DNA of 64,000 nucleotides, taken from assembly GCA_965153355.1 (NCBI GenBank), contig OZ231126.1, positions 43,152,001 through 43,216,000 of the forward strand. Direction: 5' to 3'. Numbering within the stretch: the stretch's first letter is position 1; each line of letters starts with the position of its first letter. A model generated the notes under the pieces. That model was not told where the DNA came from. It worked only from the letters and a program-made list of their open reading frames with translations, and did no database searches. Below, in pieces: positions 50,293 through 64,000 of this stretch. The position numbers were made by a program, and so were the translations under genes. Origin of the DNA: Flaccisagitta enflata. Taxonomy: Eukaryota.

Positions 50293-51812
50293 CCCTCTAC
50301 TACGGACGGACGGACGGACGGACGGACAAAGCCTCATATAGAGTTGCGTGTCCGCAACTAAAAATCTTAAGCATGAATTCAGTGTAACATGGTGAAGACA
50401 AACTTCTTATAGTTGGCCCGGCGATTCTCGAATAGTGAAGAAGAAGAAGAAGAAGAAGAAGAAGAAGAAAGAAGAAAAAAGAAGAAGAACAAAAAGAAGC
50501 AGAAGAAGAAGGAGAAGAAAAGGAAAACGAAAAGTGAGTTCTTACGCCTTTGGAAAGGTTATTTCAACGAAGTTCTTGTTTTTTAAAAACAACCTTATTC
50601 CAAAAACTAGAGAAACGAACAAACTATTTGAACAGATTCGCCAGTCTTTTTTTTTAAAGAGTTTTACACGGCAAAAAAAAAAAAAAGAAAAAAAAAAATC
50701 GATGTGGCCAAAAATGAGGATAGAGGACAAACGACGCAAATTTCAACAAAAGCACGTGTGTGTCTACGAGGATGTAAGCCATCTGTTAAACATATTAGAT
50801 ACGTGTGCCCGCAGGTGCGTGTGCAAACGCAAACGCATAAGCACGGGCTCGCTCGCACAGTACAAATATTCAAGCGAGTGTATGCGGATAGAATCGCGCG
50901 TGCGCATGTGTGTGTAAGCTTCTGGCTTGTGAGCGTGTAAGCGTGTGTGTAAACGAATCCGTTCTCACATGAGATTTTCCCCATTCTATTCTCCGATGCT
51001 ATATACACTCAAATTCGAAATCATCCTCAGGGAAAAGACCGGGATTTTTCTTCTTTTTTTGTCTGCTTTTCCTCCAATTTTAAAATTTTCATTCATAGTT
51101 TTTCTCAGATGATTCAAGGGAAAAAAAGAGGATCATAAAACACAAACGAATAAAAGATTTTTTTTTCATTCGGTTTAGTCTCTTGTTTTGAAAAAGAAGA
51201 GGAAAAGTTCGAGGGATTTTATAGAAAAATAATAAGGGAGCTTTCGTTTATATAAAGTTTTTCTTTTAAGTTCAGATTAAAGTTCAACAAAAACAAGGGA
51301 GTTGATGATAAATTCGATATTAAAACAGGTCGCCAATGGGCAATACGTGGTCAGCGACCCTCGTTGCCCTGCTTCACATGGTTGTAAATCCGAATGAGAG
51401 GCAGGGACTTTCATTCGTTCATCCATCTGTCCGTCTGTCCGCCCCCCAGGCCCTCTCAGGCCTGAAAGGGCCTGGGGGGATGAACAAATGGACAAATGAA
51501 TGAAAGTCTCCTGTGTTCTACAAGACTTCGTCCCCTTCGGGGCCGCTGCCCAAAAAAGGGAGGGGGGGGGGAGAACCTCGCGTCGGCTATGTGGCCGATG
51601 GAGAAAAACAATGCTGCAGATACAGAGGGTAAACAGACGACTGAAGCAACAGACAGATAGAGACAGAAAAGCAGCCCAGCATGTACTTTGGAAATGATTG
51701 GTTTATGAGAAAGGAGGGGCTATGAATACTGAATTTACGGGACTCACTGTAATTGGAAACATGCCCTAAGCCCAAGGTGCAACGTACTGGGTCACGTGGA
51801 ATACGCAGTGCT

Positions 51813-51943
<131 letters not shown>

Positions 51944-53581
51944 CAGGGAAAGGGAAAGGGAGAGGGAAAGGGAAAGGGAAAGAGAAAGAGAGAGATAGAG
52001 AGATAGAAAGATCAATCAAAATGCAAGTAATCTGCATGGATATAGGATGAACGGACAAACGCCGAGGCAACTCTTAATAGAGTACTGATATTTCCATTTT
52101 GAAAGGATTACTGCAGGAAGAGGTCATTCAGCAGAGGCCTCGCCGCCGCCGCCACCGCCGTCGTCATCGTCGCCGCAGTCGTCTCGTCGCCACCGCCATC
52201 ATCGTCGCCGCCGTCGTCTCGTCGCCACCGCCGTAGTCGCCGCCGCCGCCACCACCGCCGCGGCACGGCGCTATCGCCGCCTGAGGCAGCAGCACAGCAG
52301 CGCGCGGCTTTTTTCTCTCAGCATGGCTCATCTTTTAGATGAATCAGGTCGTTATTTGGCGGGTCATCTCCAGGTCAAAGACGCATTTACAGCACACTTA
52401 CAGCTGCAGTTGCCACTGCGGCAACAGCATATTTCTTTTTATGTGAATCATTCACATTCATCGATTATCTTCATGCAGATCAACAAGAACGACTTAGTCG
52501 TGGGATCAACGATAGCATCGAGGCAGATATCGTGCAATCTCCTGCCGATGCCTAGATAGCCCTTTGACGACAGGGCTGGCGTTCCTTTCCATAATGAAAA
52601 TGGAAAAAAACAAATGCGACAAATCCTTTTATGGGCAGCGGCCCCGAAGGGGCCGATGACCTATGCTTTCACACAGGAGCAATTTCTCCTTCTTCTTCTT
52701 CTCCTTCTCCTCCGTCCACCCCCTTCAAAGCTCATATCCTAGCCTTGAGGCTCAAATCCCAGCCTTGAGGCCCAAATCTTAATCTCCAGGACCAAATTCT
52801 AGCCTCAAGGCCCAAATCATAGCCTTGAGACTCAAATCCCAATCCCAAGGCTCAAAACCCAGTCTCAAGGCTCAAATCCCAGCCTCGAGGCTCAAATCCC
52901 AGTGTCTTGGCTCAAATCACTGCCTCGAGGCCCGAATCCCAGCCTCAAACCTCAAATCCCAGTGTCTTGGCTCAAATCACAGCCTCGAGGCTCAAATCAC
53001 AGCATCTTGGCTCAAATCACAGCCTTGAGGATCAAATCTTCCCTCAGAGGCTCAAATCACAGCCTCATGGCTCAAATCAGAGCCTAAAGGCCTAAATCCC
53101 ATTATTGATGCTCAAATTCAAGCCTAGAGCTTCAGAACTTACAAAGCTGCCCCACTCACCATCACACACCCACACATACTCACATAAGGGCAACGGGTAC
53201 CGCTGAACATCTAACGCTTTTGCGACTGTTTTTAATGGATACTGGAAAGGCTTTCCACTAAAATCCTTGATCAGCATGGATGTTGACAGGTCAATAAAAG
53301 ACCTCTCCTTAAAACGGGAATAAATACAATGCCATCGAAGCCTTTGTCTAACAGGGCATTGAACACAAATCATACCACAATGCATGCAAGAGCACTTCTG
53401 GTCACAGTTTCACGTGCGTTTTACTCATTCATACATCCGCGTGCGATTTGCGTTTCCAGAATCGACAAATCGGCATATATGAGAGATGATTAACGCCCAA
53501 ATCCATGGAGAAGGTCAGCATTCAAATGGATTATCGACCCTTGACCGGGCTAAAAGAAAAAAATATGTGTCTCCATCATGC

Positions 53582-53637
<56 letters not shown>

Positions 53638-54055
53638 CAGAGACAGAGACAGACAGACAAACAGACAGACAGAGAGATAGAGAGAGAGAGAGATAGAGAG
53701 AGGTCAACGCCAAGTCATCATCGCCTACAAGGTCACTCATGTGTGTGCGAGTGTGTGCGTGTGTGTGAGTGGTTTATCCAACATCGACATGGGTTCAGCT
53801 ATGCTATTGGCCGGTCATCATATTCACAGAAGTCACAGCTGAAATCAACCACCTCATGGCCAGATGTCATTTCGATCATGCCCAATGTCCAACACAGTTA
53901 TTCGGCAGCAGTCATAGGCAGTCATGTTGCAGTCCTTGTCGCGTTATTTCCTAGCCACCCGCCATTGTACTGGACTATACACTCTGAACCCTCCAATAAT
54001 TGTCATTCCTCGACCTTGAGCTTCTCAATTATGGATTTCATTCGCTCACCGGCCG

Positions 54056-54154
<99 letters not shown>

Positions 54155-54155
54155 G

Positions 54156-54236
<81 letters not shown>

Positions 54237-54751
54237 CAGAGAGACAGAGAGACAGAGAGACAGAGAGGAGAGACTGATTCAGAAAATTGCCTCGCAGACG
54301 CGGGTCCGCCCCCTTCTTCCTTCCCCCTCTCACTTCCCCTTTCTTCATCTTTTATTTTTTTTCTAGACCGCCACGTGTCTGTGCTATCAACGCGCTCTGT
54401 TTCTCATCCATGTCTTCATTTTTTTTCTCATCTATTTTTTTTCTTAACTCATTCTGAAGTTCGGCCTCGGTGCAAAGTAAGCACACATGAAAGATAAGAA
54501 GAAGAAATCCTGACGTGAGCAACGGATAACTACAGCGCACCACATCCTGTTTCGTCAAGGTCCTTTTCATCGCTGCCACTACAGCTTTTCTTTTGTTCTT
54601 TTGTAACATATTTTGTTGTTAAAATTTCTTATTACGAAAACTTGTGTCTCCGCAGTGGTGAACTGGACACGTGCAGTACCTAACATAGTTTACATGCGAT
54701 CCCCTGTCCTGATTATCTGATTTGAGGTCATAGTCTTGACATTTTTCTCAC

Positions 54752-56252
54752 CGGTATCGTGATCGACAGCCAGATGATTAAGAGACAGCCTGGAACCGGG
54801 TAATCCGTCCAAAAGCGTCGGAAACGAGTGCAGCAACGTCGGGATGGAGGATGACGTTTGCGCGTGCGTCGTTGGCAGCTGCAACATTGTCGGCAACTGC
54901 AGCAGCAGCAACAACGGCAGAAATCCACATCTCGATAATGATGAGCATGATGATGAAGAAGAAAAACAGGAGGCGGACTTCCTCGAAGCGCCGAAAAATG
55001 AGGATCGAAGCAGCGAGAGAAACGCCAACATAAACAATTTACGCCATGAGACGTCACATGGAGATGAGGAACATGGTTTCGTAGACATTGACAACGTCGA
55101 TAATGAAGCTGACGAAGCACTCGATGTGGACTTTAACGACGACGATGAACCGGAGTTCCACGCTACCAAAGGTCGACGTATTTGCGGCAGTTTTCCGTCC
55201 AACGATGACGACGACACATCGTAAGAATGACTGAAAGGCCCTCTGGTAATGGAATGCGAAAGCGACCGGGATGAAGGAGAAAGAGAATTAGAGGCGTGGC
55301 ACGAGGAGGTAAACGAAGAACACGGCACAGAAAACGCATCATCGTCGGTGAAGGCGTCGTCGTGGACGGCGGAAGGATCACTGGATGATGGAGAAGCAAG
55401 TCGACGACCCGCGGACGAGAGGCGCGAAGAAGACGACTGAGGACAAGCTGGGGAAACCGAACAAGCTACAGCGGAAGGAGGAGGCGGAGCAGGACGGGCG
55501 GCTGAAAACGTAGAAGAAAACATACTATTATTGTTGTTGTTGATGATAACATCGAAGGAGGAAGAGGAAACACAGAGTTGAGGGATGCGTTCTGACGCGG
55601 GGGTCGTGGTCGACGCCGTTGACGACCACGTCGTCGGTGCATCATGAGAAAATGAATCAAGCCTCAGCGGATTCGGCTGTGAAGTCACGAAATCGTCCGA
55701 AGGATTGTTTTCATCCAACGACGACGGTTGATGATGCGTTTGTCGTCGAGCGTGAGAAGTCCTTCGGACCCGGAGACGTGATGACGACGATGACGATGAC
55801 GACGCCCTCGACACGCTGCCGGCGGAAGGAGAAGAAGTTTCCTTCCTTAACGTCGTCTTCGTTGCCGCCTTGAAACTAGCGTTCTCTCGGCGTCCACTCG
55901 CGTCATCCTCCAGTACCATATTGTCAGGTTCAACGTCAACCAAGCGATTCTTAAGGCAAATGCGTTGTTGTTGTTGTTGTTGCAGAAAAACTCTTTGGTA
56001 TGTAATTTCATTATTTCTAATAAATCCACCTGCTTTTTCGAAAGCGGCGCCGTGGGCGTTAACGGCGTCACTTCCGCTTTTCCCGTCGCCGATATTTGAG
56101 ATACCGGAAACAAAAGCGGCGCTGTCTTTTGAGCGTAACTCATGGTCGTTATCAAACGCGCCATTGTCGATGACGCTGCTATTTCCGGTTAAGTCGCTGC
56201 TGTAGCTCTCAACGTCGCTTTTGACGTTACTCAGGTTACTCCCCGGTGCCAT
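54752..56252 (-). CDS. 5' coding exon of a probable plexin/Sema-domain receptor
   Basis: 1.5-kb stop-free frame from atcaacATGG. A hydrophobic signal-like segment (GFLPLLLLLQLPTMLQLPTTHAQ) is followed by LNHLAVDHDTG, which resembles the plexin Sema start (NHLxVDxxTGxVYVGAVN). The exon ends at a G|GTGAGA donor. The true start codon is uncertain. Confidence 0.62.
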
Positions 56253-56752
56253 GTTGATTCCTCTTTTTGTTCGGGGGCTCAGGAACGCGCCTTTTGTTCC
56301 AATTGCTTGCGGACTCACACCTCCCTTCCAACTCTCCTACCTTCCTTTCTTCCTTCCCACTCCCCTACCTCCTTTTTCTTTTTCTCCACTTCCCTCCACG
56401 TGAAGCAAGTTAAAAAATAGAAAATTCACATCTTCGGACGTTCTTCAGTCGATGCTTTCGTTTTTACATGTTCCATATGTTAAGGATTTTTTTACAATAT
56501 CTTTTCGTTGCTTGGCAAAAACGAGTTGTGAATCCAGGGGAACGAAAGTATTTCCTCAGTTTTTTTCAAATCTTTAGTTATTTTTTTCCTTTAGTTTCGT
56601 TCACTCACACACAGACAAATTAGCAGCGCGTGGGATGGATGTGTGGCGTATTCGACTTCGATTTGTGTTAAAATTCCGCGAGCAGTTTTTTTTCTCGTTT
56701 TCCTGGAAAACAAGCGAGAAAATGAAAAGAGAAAATGTTTAATGAAAATGGG

Positions 56753-56855
<103 letters not shown>

Positions 56856-58102
56856 ACCTGATGAAGCAGAAGGAGAAAAAATATGATTTCAATTTCGATA
56901 TAGAAAAGAAAAGGAAAATGGATAAGAAAAAAGAAATAGTGGATATAATCAAGAACCAAGTGGGGAAAAAAGTATTAAAAAATTTCGTCCTTGTTCTTTT
57001 CAATTTTTTTCCTCTGATTTTTGAAGAAAAATTGAATCACGCAATCGCGACGATTCGTTCAATTTATTTTCATTTTTTTTCATTTCTTATATCTCATTCT
57101 TTTTCACAGCTGAGCTGAGAGCGAGTGGAATCTAACAGCCGGACAAACGGAATTAAACAGACATGAAATGAGGCCGTACCAGGCGTAGGGGCAATACTGA
57201 AATAGGCACACTCGACATTTGGTTGGGGGCAATAACGCAAAGACGGAGATTGATCATAATTAAATAATGTTTCATCAAACTGTTCAAAGTTGGTTTCTAC
57301 GTTGAAAACGAAGATATGAATGTTAAACACCCGCAACGCCAACGGTACACTTATTATCATCAGCGGAGTGCGGAATCACTGCAATGGTCAGCAAAAGAGC
57401 AAGCAGAGATACAAGGATGAATAGATTGATAGATTGATAGATAGATAGATGTATAGATAGATAGACAATAATGAACAGATAGTAAACAAAGGCTTAATGA
57501 AACTGTAATGACCTAGGAGGGCCGGGGAACTGAGACAGGGTTAGATGCAGTCATACTAGACGAACATGCAGCCAAACAAAGGCACACACACACAAAAAAA
57601 AAAGAAAAAAAAAAAGAGTTGTTGATGATGAAATGATAAAAAAACAAGACAAGGCCAAGTGAGTAGGTCAACACGCGGCTGTATGGATGGTCGAAAAAAT
57701 ATGTTACCAACCAACCAACTGACCAACGGACACAGCCTCTTACAGACGTTCTTGGGCGCATGTAAAAAATGAAAAGTAAAGTTGTCGAGAAAATTCTCAT
57801 TGCAGTGGTTAAGTCGTTATGACTCGTAGTCGTGGAGCGATGCTGAGCCGCGACGCAGGAGGGCAATCCAAACCAGGAAAACCAAGTCGACTTACAATTG
57901 AGGTGGGTCTTCCCCTTTTTAGGTGCGACAAATCACCTCTATAACTGGCTGTGTCCGTCGGTCTGTTGGTTGGTCGGTCGGGTAACGCATTCGTTCGACG
58001 ATCCACACATCGCACCTTATTGGCCTACTTGGTCTTATTTTTCAACAAATACAAAAATTTAGGTGTGTCCAATGACTTTTTCCTTCTGAAGATAGCTATA
58101 GA

Positions 58103-58399
58103 CAGTCAGTGGACAAAACACTAAAGGTAAATATATGATACCATTAGCTTTGATTTAAAAAAAATAGTATAAGCAACAACTAGTTGCTCAAATTTAAGCC
58201 GGCTGTAACAAACAAAATGTTATACGCAACAACTGGTTGTAAGAATTACAGCCGGCTGTAATGCTACAACTTTGTAATATTACAGCCGGGTATAATTTCA
58301 ACAGCTAGTTGTTGCATAAAACATTTTGTTTATTATCAGTATGTTGTTTCATAGTCAATCGTATGATATATATACCTATAGTGTTATGTCCACTGACTG
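58103..58399. mobile_element. CAGTCAGTGG-type MITE
   Basis: TIRs cagtcagtggacaaaacac and gtgttatgtccactgactg|ta; internal AGCCGGCTGTAA repeats. Confidence 0.8.
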
Positions 58400-59084
58400 T
58401 AGAGTGGTCACTACGTCAGCTAATTTTCTCGCTACAGTCTGTAGATACAGTACGGTACCAGAGTCAGGAGTTTGGACTTTTATTTTATTTTATTTTATTT
58501 TTATCAAGTATTAGTTGAAAGAAAAAAGAGCAAACGCGCTAATTTTGCCAAATGCATCTTTTTCCGTAGAATGGCAATATCCAAATTGGCAACTTTTTCA
58601 CTCAGCTTATACCATTTCCAAACGAAAAAAAGATAGAAATACCAGATAGGCGACGAAAGAGAAAAAAAATCAAGGGCTTTCTATTGATTTAGAATTTTTC
58701 ATTTCTACGTAACGTCAAATCACGTCTACATGAGGCAGTGTCCATTGGTTGGTTGGTTGGTCAGTCGGTTGGTCGGTCAGTTGCTTAGACGGTATCGCAT
58801 TCGACGATCCACACAGCGTATGTGTTGGCCTACTTAGCCTTGTCATTTTTTAGTTTAGCAGATAAGTAATTAAACAAAAATGCGTCTTTAAAAAAAAAAA
58901 ATTCCAGTGGCATTTCGAAAATCATAACCAATCTTTATACAATCATATTGTCATTCTTTATTTCTTTGCAAGATATTTCGGTTTTACACTGATAAATGAT
59001 AACGACCTAGCGCGTCTATTGCCGAAAAAAAATATTCGACGAGCTAGTTATTGCTCTGTTTATCTCGATTGTTCCTCGCGCAAG

Positions 59085-59174
<90 letters not shown>

Positions 59175-59841
59175 CGTTCACGTGTTCCTATATCGTAGTC
59201 TATTGATCGGTCAGTCAATCCATATCCATCCATACTCAATCCTTACCTCCATATTTAGCATGTATGTGTTATCTGGTAATCAGATCTGTTTCGCATAGAT
59301 AATGTGTATGCCAGGTTCTATGTTGATGGTTCTTTTTTTTTTTTTTAATTTTTTTTCTCGTAACTTTCAGTCTAATTATTTCTAACCAAATCTTCTCAGT
59401 TTTTTTTTTGTTCTAAAACGATCGATGTACACGCAACGTTTTTATTTGCTGACTTTGCTGAAATCAAGATATATATATTCAAAGACAGAGTCAAATTGAC
59501 TTTCCTATTCGATCCTGCTCACGTGAATCATGTTCACACACACACACACCCAAGGATGATGAAGAAGACTCATTGCAGTTATTTCCGGAGAAGGATGAAA
59601 ACTGTTTGCTCAAATCCGGTTCGTCAGGCGATCAGGAAACAAAGAAAATTGAAACCCAGTTTAGATATTAGCCGCATTTTGAGCCGGTAAAATTGGAATA
59701 AATTTCAGGTAAATAATTGATTTCTTTCAGAAATCGTCACGCATTAGCGACAACCTAGAAGTCATCCCTATCAAAAATGAGAGTTTTTGTTGGTATCCGT
59801 GTGTGCGCGCGAGCAAGAGCGAGAGCGAGAGCGAGAGCGAG

Positions 59842-59883
<42 letters not shown>

Positions 59884-60167
59884 CACACGCCCTTCATGTG
59901 ATATCTTTTTTCATTCGCATTTATTTATTTTAATGTACAATTGATTTTTTTTTATCTTTTAGCTAAAATAATCACTTCCGTCATTTGAGGTTGAACTTCT
60001 TTTTTTTCTTTGAATTATATATGAGCAACGATCGAGAAGGTAATTTAACCTTATAACTCAGCGAATTTTCACTCGGGCGATCTCCACTTCGTTTTGCTAA
60101 ATTTTTTTGGTCTCTTATCGATGAGTTTCGTCTTTTCTGTTGACAATTTCGTTATTTGTTTGTTTGT

Positions 60168-60273
60168 GTTGTTGTTGTTGTAGTTGTTGTAGTTGTTGTT
60201 GTTGTTGTTGTAGTTGTTGTTGTTGTTGTTGTAGTTGTTGTAGTTGTTGTTGTAGTTGTTGTAGTTGTTGTAG

Positions 60274-60344
<71 letters not shown>

Positions 60345-60345
60345 G
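60168..60345. repeat. (GTT)n/(GTA) trinucleotide array
   Basis: Direct reading. Long (GA)n or (GT)n runs also occur at about 51816-51941, 54061-54265, 56757-56851, 59088-59173 and 61090-61189. Confidence 0.97.
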
Positions 60346-60844
60346 CTGCCGTTCTGTTTCCGATTATTTCACCTGTATTTTTCTTGGTTATCATTCATAT
60401 TTTGTTAATCTTTCTGATTTAGTGATTTTCGAGTTTCATTACTGGTATTAACCACTTCGTCGTCTTCGTTGCTTGTCGCTGTTGCCGTTGTTTTGTTTTT
60501 TTTAATCACCGCATACCAACGAGCCACCGGGCCTGACGAAAGACAATCTCCAGTTCTTATGTGAAACAGACGAAAGAATGAAATTTTTTCTCCAATTTTA
60601 AAAATTACTTTTTTTTTCTTTAAAAAGAATTGACATTTGACGGATGTGGATGACTTATGCTCTTTTTTTTTTGTTCACATTTGAACACATTCTCCAGCTC
60701 AAGATTCGAGAAGATGAGAAAAGCAAATTCTGGATGCGAAGACAACCAAGACTGTCTGCCTCTGTGTGTCTGTCTGTCTGCATCTCAATCTGTCCGTCTG
60801 TCTGTCTGTATCTCAATGTGTCAGTGCGTTTGTCTGGCCGCCTC

Positions 60845-60881
<37 letters not shown>

Positions 60882-60892
60882 GTCTATCTGTG

Positions 60893-60968
<76 letters not shown>

Positions 60969-61083
60969 TTCATTACTTTTCAGCAAGAAAGAGAAGATTT
61001 AAAATATATTAGGAGAAAAGTTTGGAAAAAAGAAGAAGAAACGCAAAGAATGCCTCTGTGTGAAAAGGGAGAAAGGCAAACAG

Positions 61084-61191
<108 letters not shown>

Positions 61192-61708
61192 TGAATGAAT
61201 TCCTTGACGCTGCTGGGCTGCTGCAGGTCTACATGCGTAAAGTGAACGGAGGCGAGTTGTCGAATCAAAACTTAAAAGCCTCTCCTTTCTTTTTCTATTT
61301 TTCCTTTTCTTGTTCTTTTTTTCTCATAATTCTCTCTTTTTCTTTTCCTTTCAGTTGCACTTTATATCAGCAGGTTAATTGACGGAGTTAGCTAAATACT
61401 CTCATGAGAGAAACTTATACTTCGATAATCCGAGTGTAAGAAGATTATGTCGAGCATTACTAAGCGTATTCAGCTATTCAGCCGCCGACCTGCCGTGCCT
61501 TTTTTTCATTGCTTTTTTTCTCTCTCTCGTTTAAGGTCCGATATAACTGAGATCTAGCAAAATCTGTTGAGGATTAACAAGGGGCGTCTCCATTAAAAGC
61601 ATGTGCGTCAGCGTCAATAGTGAAAAGGTAAACATTGACGTACATCCGATTCAAATCAGCAGTGAATGTTCATCTGATGGTTTTGTCTTTCTAGTCTTAG
61701 AAAGATGA

Positions 61709-61864
61709 TGCGCCCAACTCATCTGTCAGTTAGTCTGTGTGACAATATGCCAATATGCCAATAATCTTCCCTTTCCAATCCATGCCCAACTCATCTGTCA
61801 GTTAGTCTGTGTGACAATATGCCAATATGCCAATATGCCAATACTCTTCCCTTTCCAATCCATG
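61709..61864. repeat. Local tandem duplication (about 75-80 bp x2)
   Basis: gcccaactcatctgtcagttagtctgtgtgacaatatgccaatatgccaata...cttccctttccaatccatg occurs twice. Confidence 0.9.
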
Positions 61865-63569
61865 AATCTGAAATCGTGCGACTTTGGATGTTTGGTACAT
61901 GGTAACGGGTCTTGCGTAAACAAGATCATGCCACTAAGGCAAATACGTGCGTCGTGTGAATCGTCGAACGAACGCGTTACCGACCAACCGACACATGATT
62001 GAAAACTAATAATAATAGACAAAACAATATACTAATCAATGGAGAACTAAGCGGATCGACGATTTGTAAAAAAAAGAGGCAAAGGAGATTAGTGAATGAT
62101 GGGAATTCTGTGATGATGATTAATGAAAGGGCGTTTCCAAGTCGATTTCTTTTTTGCGCTGTAATATGAGATCTATCATGATTTTTTAAGTCGTATGGAT
62201 CCTGCCTCGAGGACATAAGTGAAGTTGCTTATTCCCAACTACTACATTGACTACTTACAGTTACATTGCATTCCTCCCAGAAATAGTCAACATTAACCCA
62301 CAAGTTCATATATGATATAAATATCATAATATGATTAATAGACATCAAAGGAGATCACGTATAAATTTAGCGAATGAAGAGAAATGTAGCAAATTTTTAA
62401 ATTTTGACTCCCCGTGCGGGTTTTGTTTATATTAGTCAACAAAAATAGAAACTCATACAATAGGTCCTAAGCCCATCCGTTCAAATACAAGTCCACAAAT
62501 TCCATCGGTTTAAGCTGAACGTAAGAAACGTTGACATTGGTACAATCCGATTGTCTGAGTCTTACATCCATAAAAAGTCGTAAAGGTCGTCCTTGAAAAG
62601 CGATTTAGGCCACGGGTTAAAAAAAAGAGGTGATTATCGATTTTCTTTATGGCCGTTTTACATTCCTTTTTGCCCCCCCCCCCTCCACCCCCCTCGCCCC
62701 TTTTATTCGCCATCTTCTACATTCTGCGCGATAAATTCCTCCTTTTTCTGTGGGTTAAGCAGGTGTTCGGTCCAGACACGTCTGTATTGCCCTTTTAGTG
62801 CCTCAAACTCAATCGCACCATTGATGTGAATTGAACGTTTTACGAAGTTGAAAAACAAAACAATCCAAACACAGAGCAAAAGTCGCGGACAGTTGGGCAG
62901 TACTAGACAACTCCTGTGTTACAGTACTTCAAACTTTCACACTTTTGAAAGACCTATAAGTATAACACTATAAATGTCAATTGGTTGGGTGGTTGGATGG
63001 TTAGTCCATCAAGCCAAGGTTTCACGTTCGACCTGGCGCATATGTTAGCCTCGCTGGCCTAAGTTTCGCCCGAATGGTCTTCCGAATTTTGGATCCATAT
63101 TTTCCTGACAGATCTCGTCTAAAGAAATGGTAAAAGTAGTTAGCATCCGTCGACGTGCGCGACCGTGAACCTGCTGCCTTAAGACTGAAAAGAAGAAGGA
63201 AAGAAAGGGATAACGAAAAACGAAAATTGCCAAGGGAAATTGGGAGGCGCGCGGTTCGAGCTTCGGCATTCAGTTAGCCTTGGAGGCGCATAACTCATTG
63301 TTCCCCGTCCAGATTTTTTTATTGCCAGTCTGCCTTCGCGCGCTTGCGCGGGCGCGTGTACATATAACGTGTAGTGCATGTGGCGCATGTAGTGCGTGTG
63401 GAAACGTCTGGTGCGTGTGGAAATGTGTTGTGCGAGCGGCCTCTGGGCTTTGGGCAGTATCGCGCCCATTGTTATGGACGAGATAAAAGAAGAAAAGCGA
63501 GAGGGTTGCCTCGCCTGCCTATTTCTGCTTTTGGACGTTCTAAAGGCAGTTTCGAGGCGCCGGGGTTGA

Positions 63570-63995
63570 TGCAAGGTGGGTGCGCTTAACAGAAAGGTGG
63601 GTGCGCAGCGGTGTATGGCAGCAAAGTGGGTGAAAATTGATGCATGGCAGCAAAGTGGGTCTACAGCAAGTGTGTGGCAGCAAGGTGGTTGCGCAGCGGA
63701 GAATGGCAGCAAGGTGGGATTTATGCAATCTATGCCAGCAAGGTTGGTGCACACTGTATAGTGCCATATGGCAACAAGGTTGTTACGTAGTGGCATATTC
63801 TTGCGCATGGTGGCAAGGTGGGCTTGCAGCGGTGTATGGCAGCTATCCGGGTGCGCGATGGCATATGGGCAGCAAGGTGGTTGCGCAGCAGCCAATGGCG
63901 ACAAGGTGGGTTCACAGCAACGTTTGGTAGTCAGCAAGGTGGGTGCACAGCGGCGAATGACAGCGAGGCAGGTGCGCAATGTCGCAAGGTGGCAA
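63570..63995. repeat. Degenerate ~29-bp minisatellite (GCAAGGTGGGTGCGCAGCGGTGTATGGCA)
   Basis: Recurrent GGCAGCAAGGTGG core; runs close to the window end. Confidence 0.8.
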
Positions 63996-64000
63996 AAAAT

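Noticed and set aside
63179-63979. 266-aa minus-strand ORF
   Set aside because: Largely a translation of the 29-bp minisatellite, with no recognisable motif.
63570-63995. CRISPR-like repeat/spacer appearance
   Set aside because: The repeats are short and degenerate, the spacers resemble each other, there are no cas genes, and the context is eukaryotic.

Overview
Repeat-rich animal (probably invertebrate) genomic DNA, not prokaryotic. Most of the window is microsatellites and nested non-autonomous transposons: Helentron/HINE-like families, TA-flanked foldback MITEs, and hAT-, Chapaev- and Kolobok-like elements. Most ORFs in the track are artefacts of these repeats. Three coding units are supportable. 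(1) A 5'-truncated, frameshifted CRE-like non-LTR retrotransposon with RT and a restriction-like endonuclease (24.2-26.3 kb). (2) An apparently intact, very young 11,665-bp Ty3/Gypsy-type LTR retrotransposon (28164-39828). It has 233-bp LTRs that look identical, AGT...ACT termini and a 4-bp TSD. Gag and pol are in one frame, separated only by a TGA-CAATTA readthrough-type stop, and the RT has a non-canonical FQDD motif. (3) A long 5' exon of a probable plexin/Sema-domain gene on the minus strand (54752-56252). The main candidate for a new system is in the LTR element's 3' region, where env would sit. It holds an antisense cassette of two small single-pass membrane protein genes: a 157-aa signal-peptide type I protein split by a GT-AG intron (missed by the ORF track), and a 143-aa protein with FAST-fusogen-like topology, followed by an antisense poly(A) signal. 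All calls were made by eye, with no database searches.
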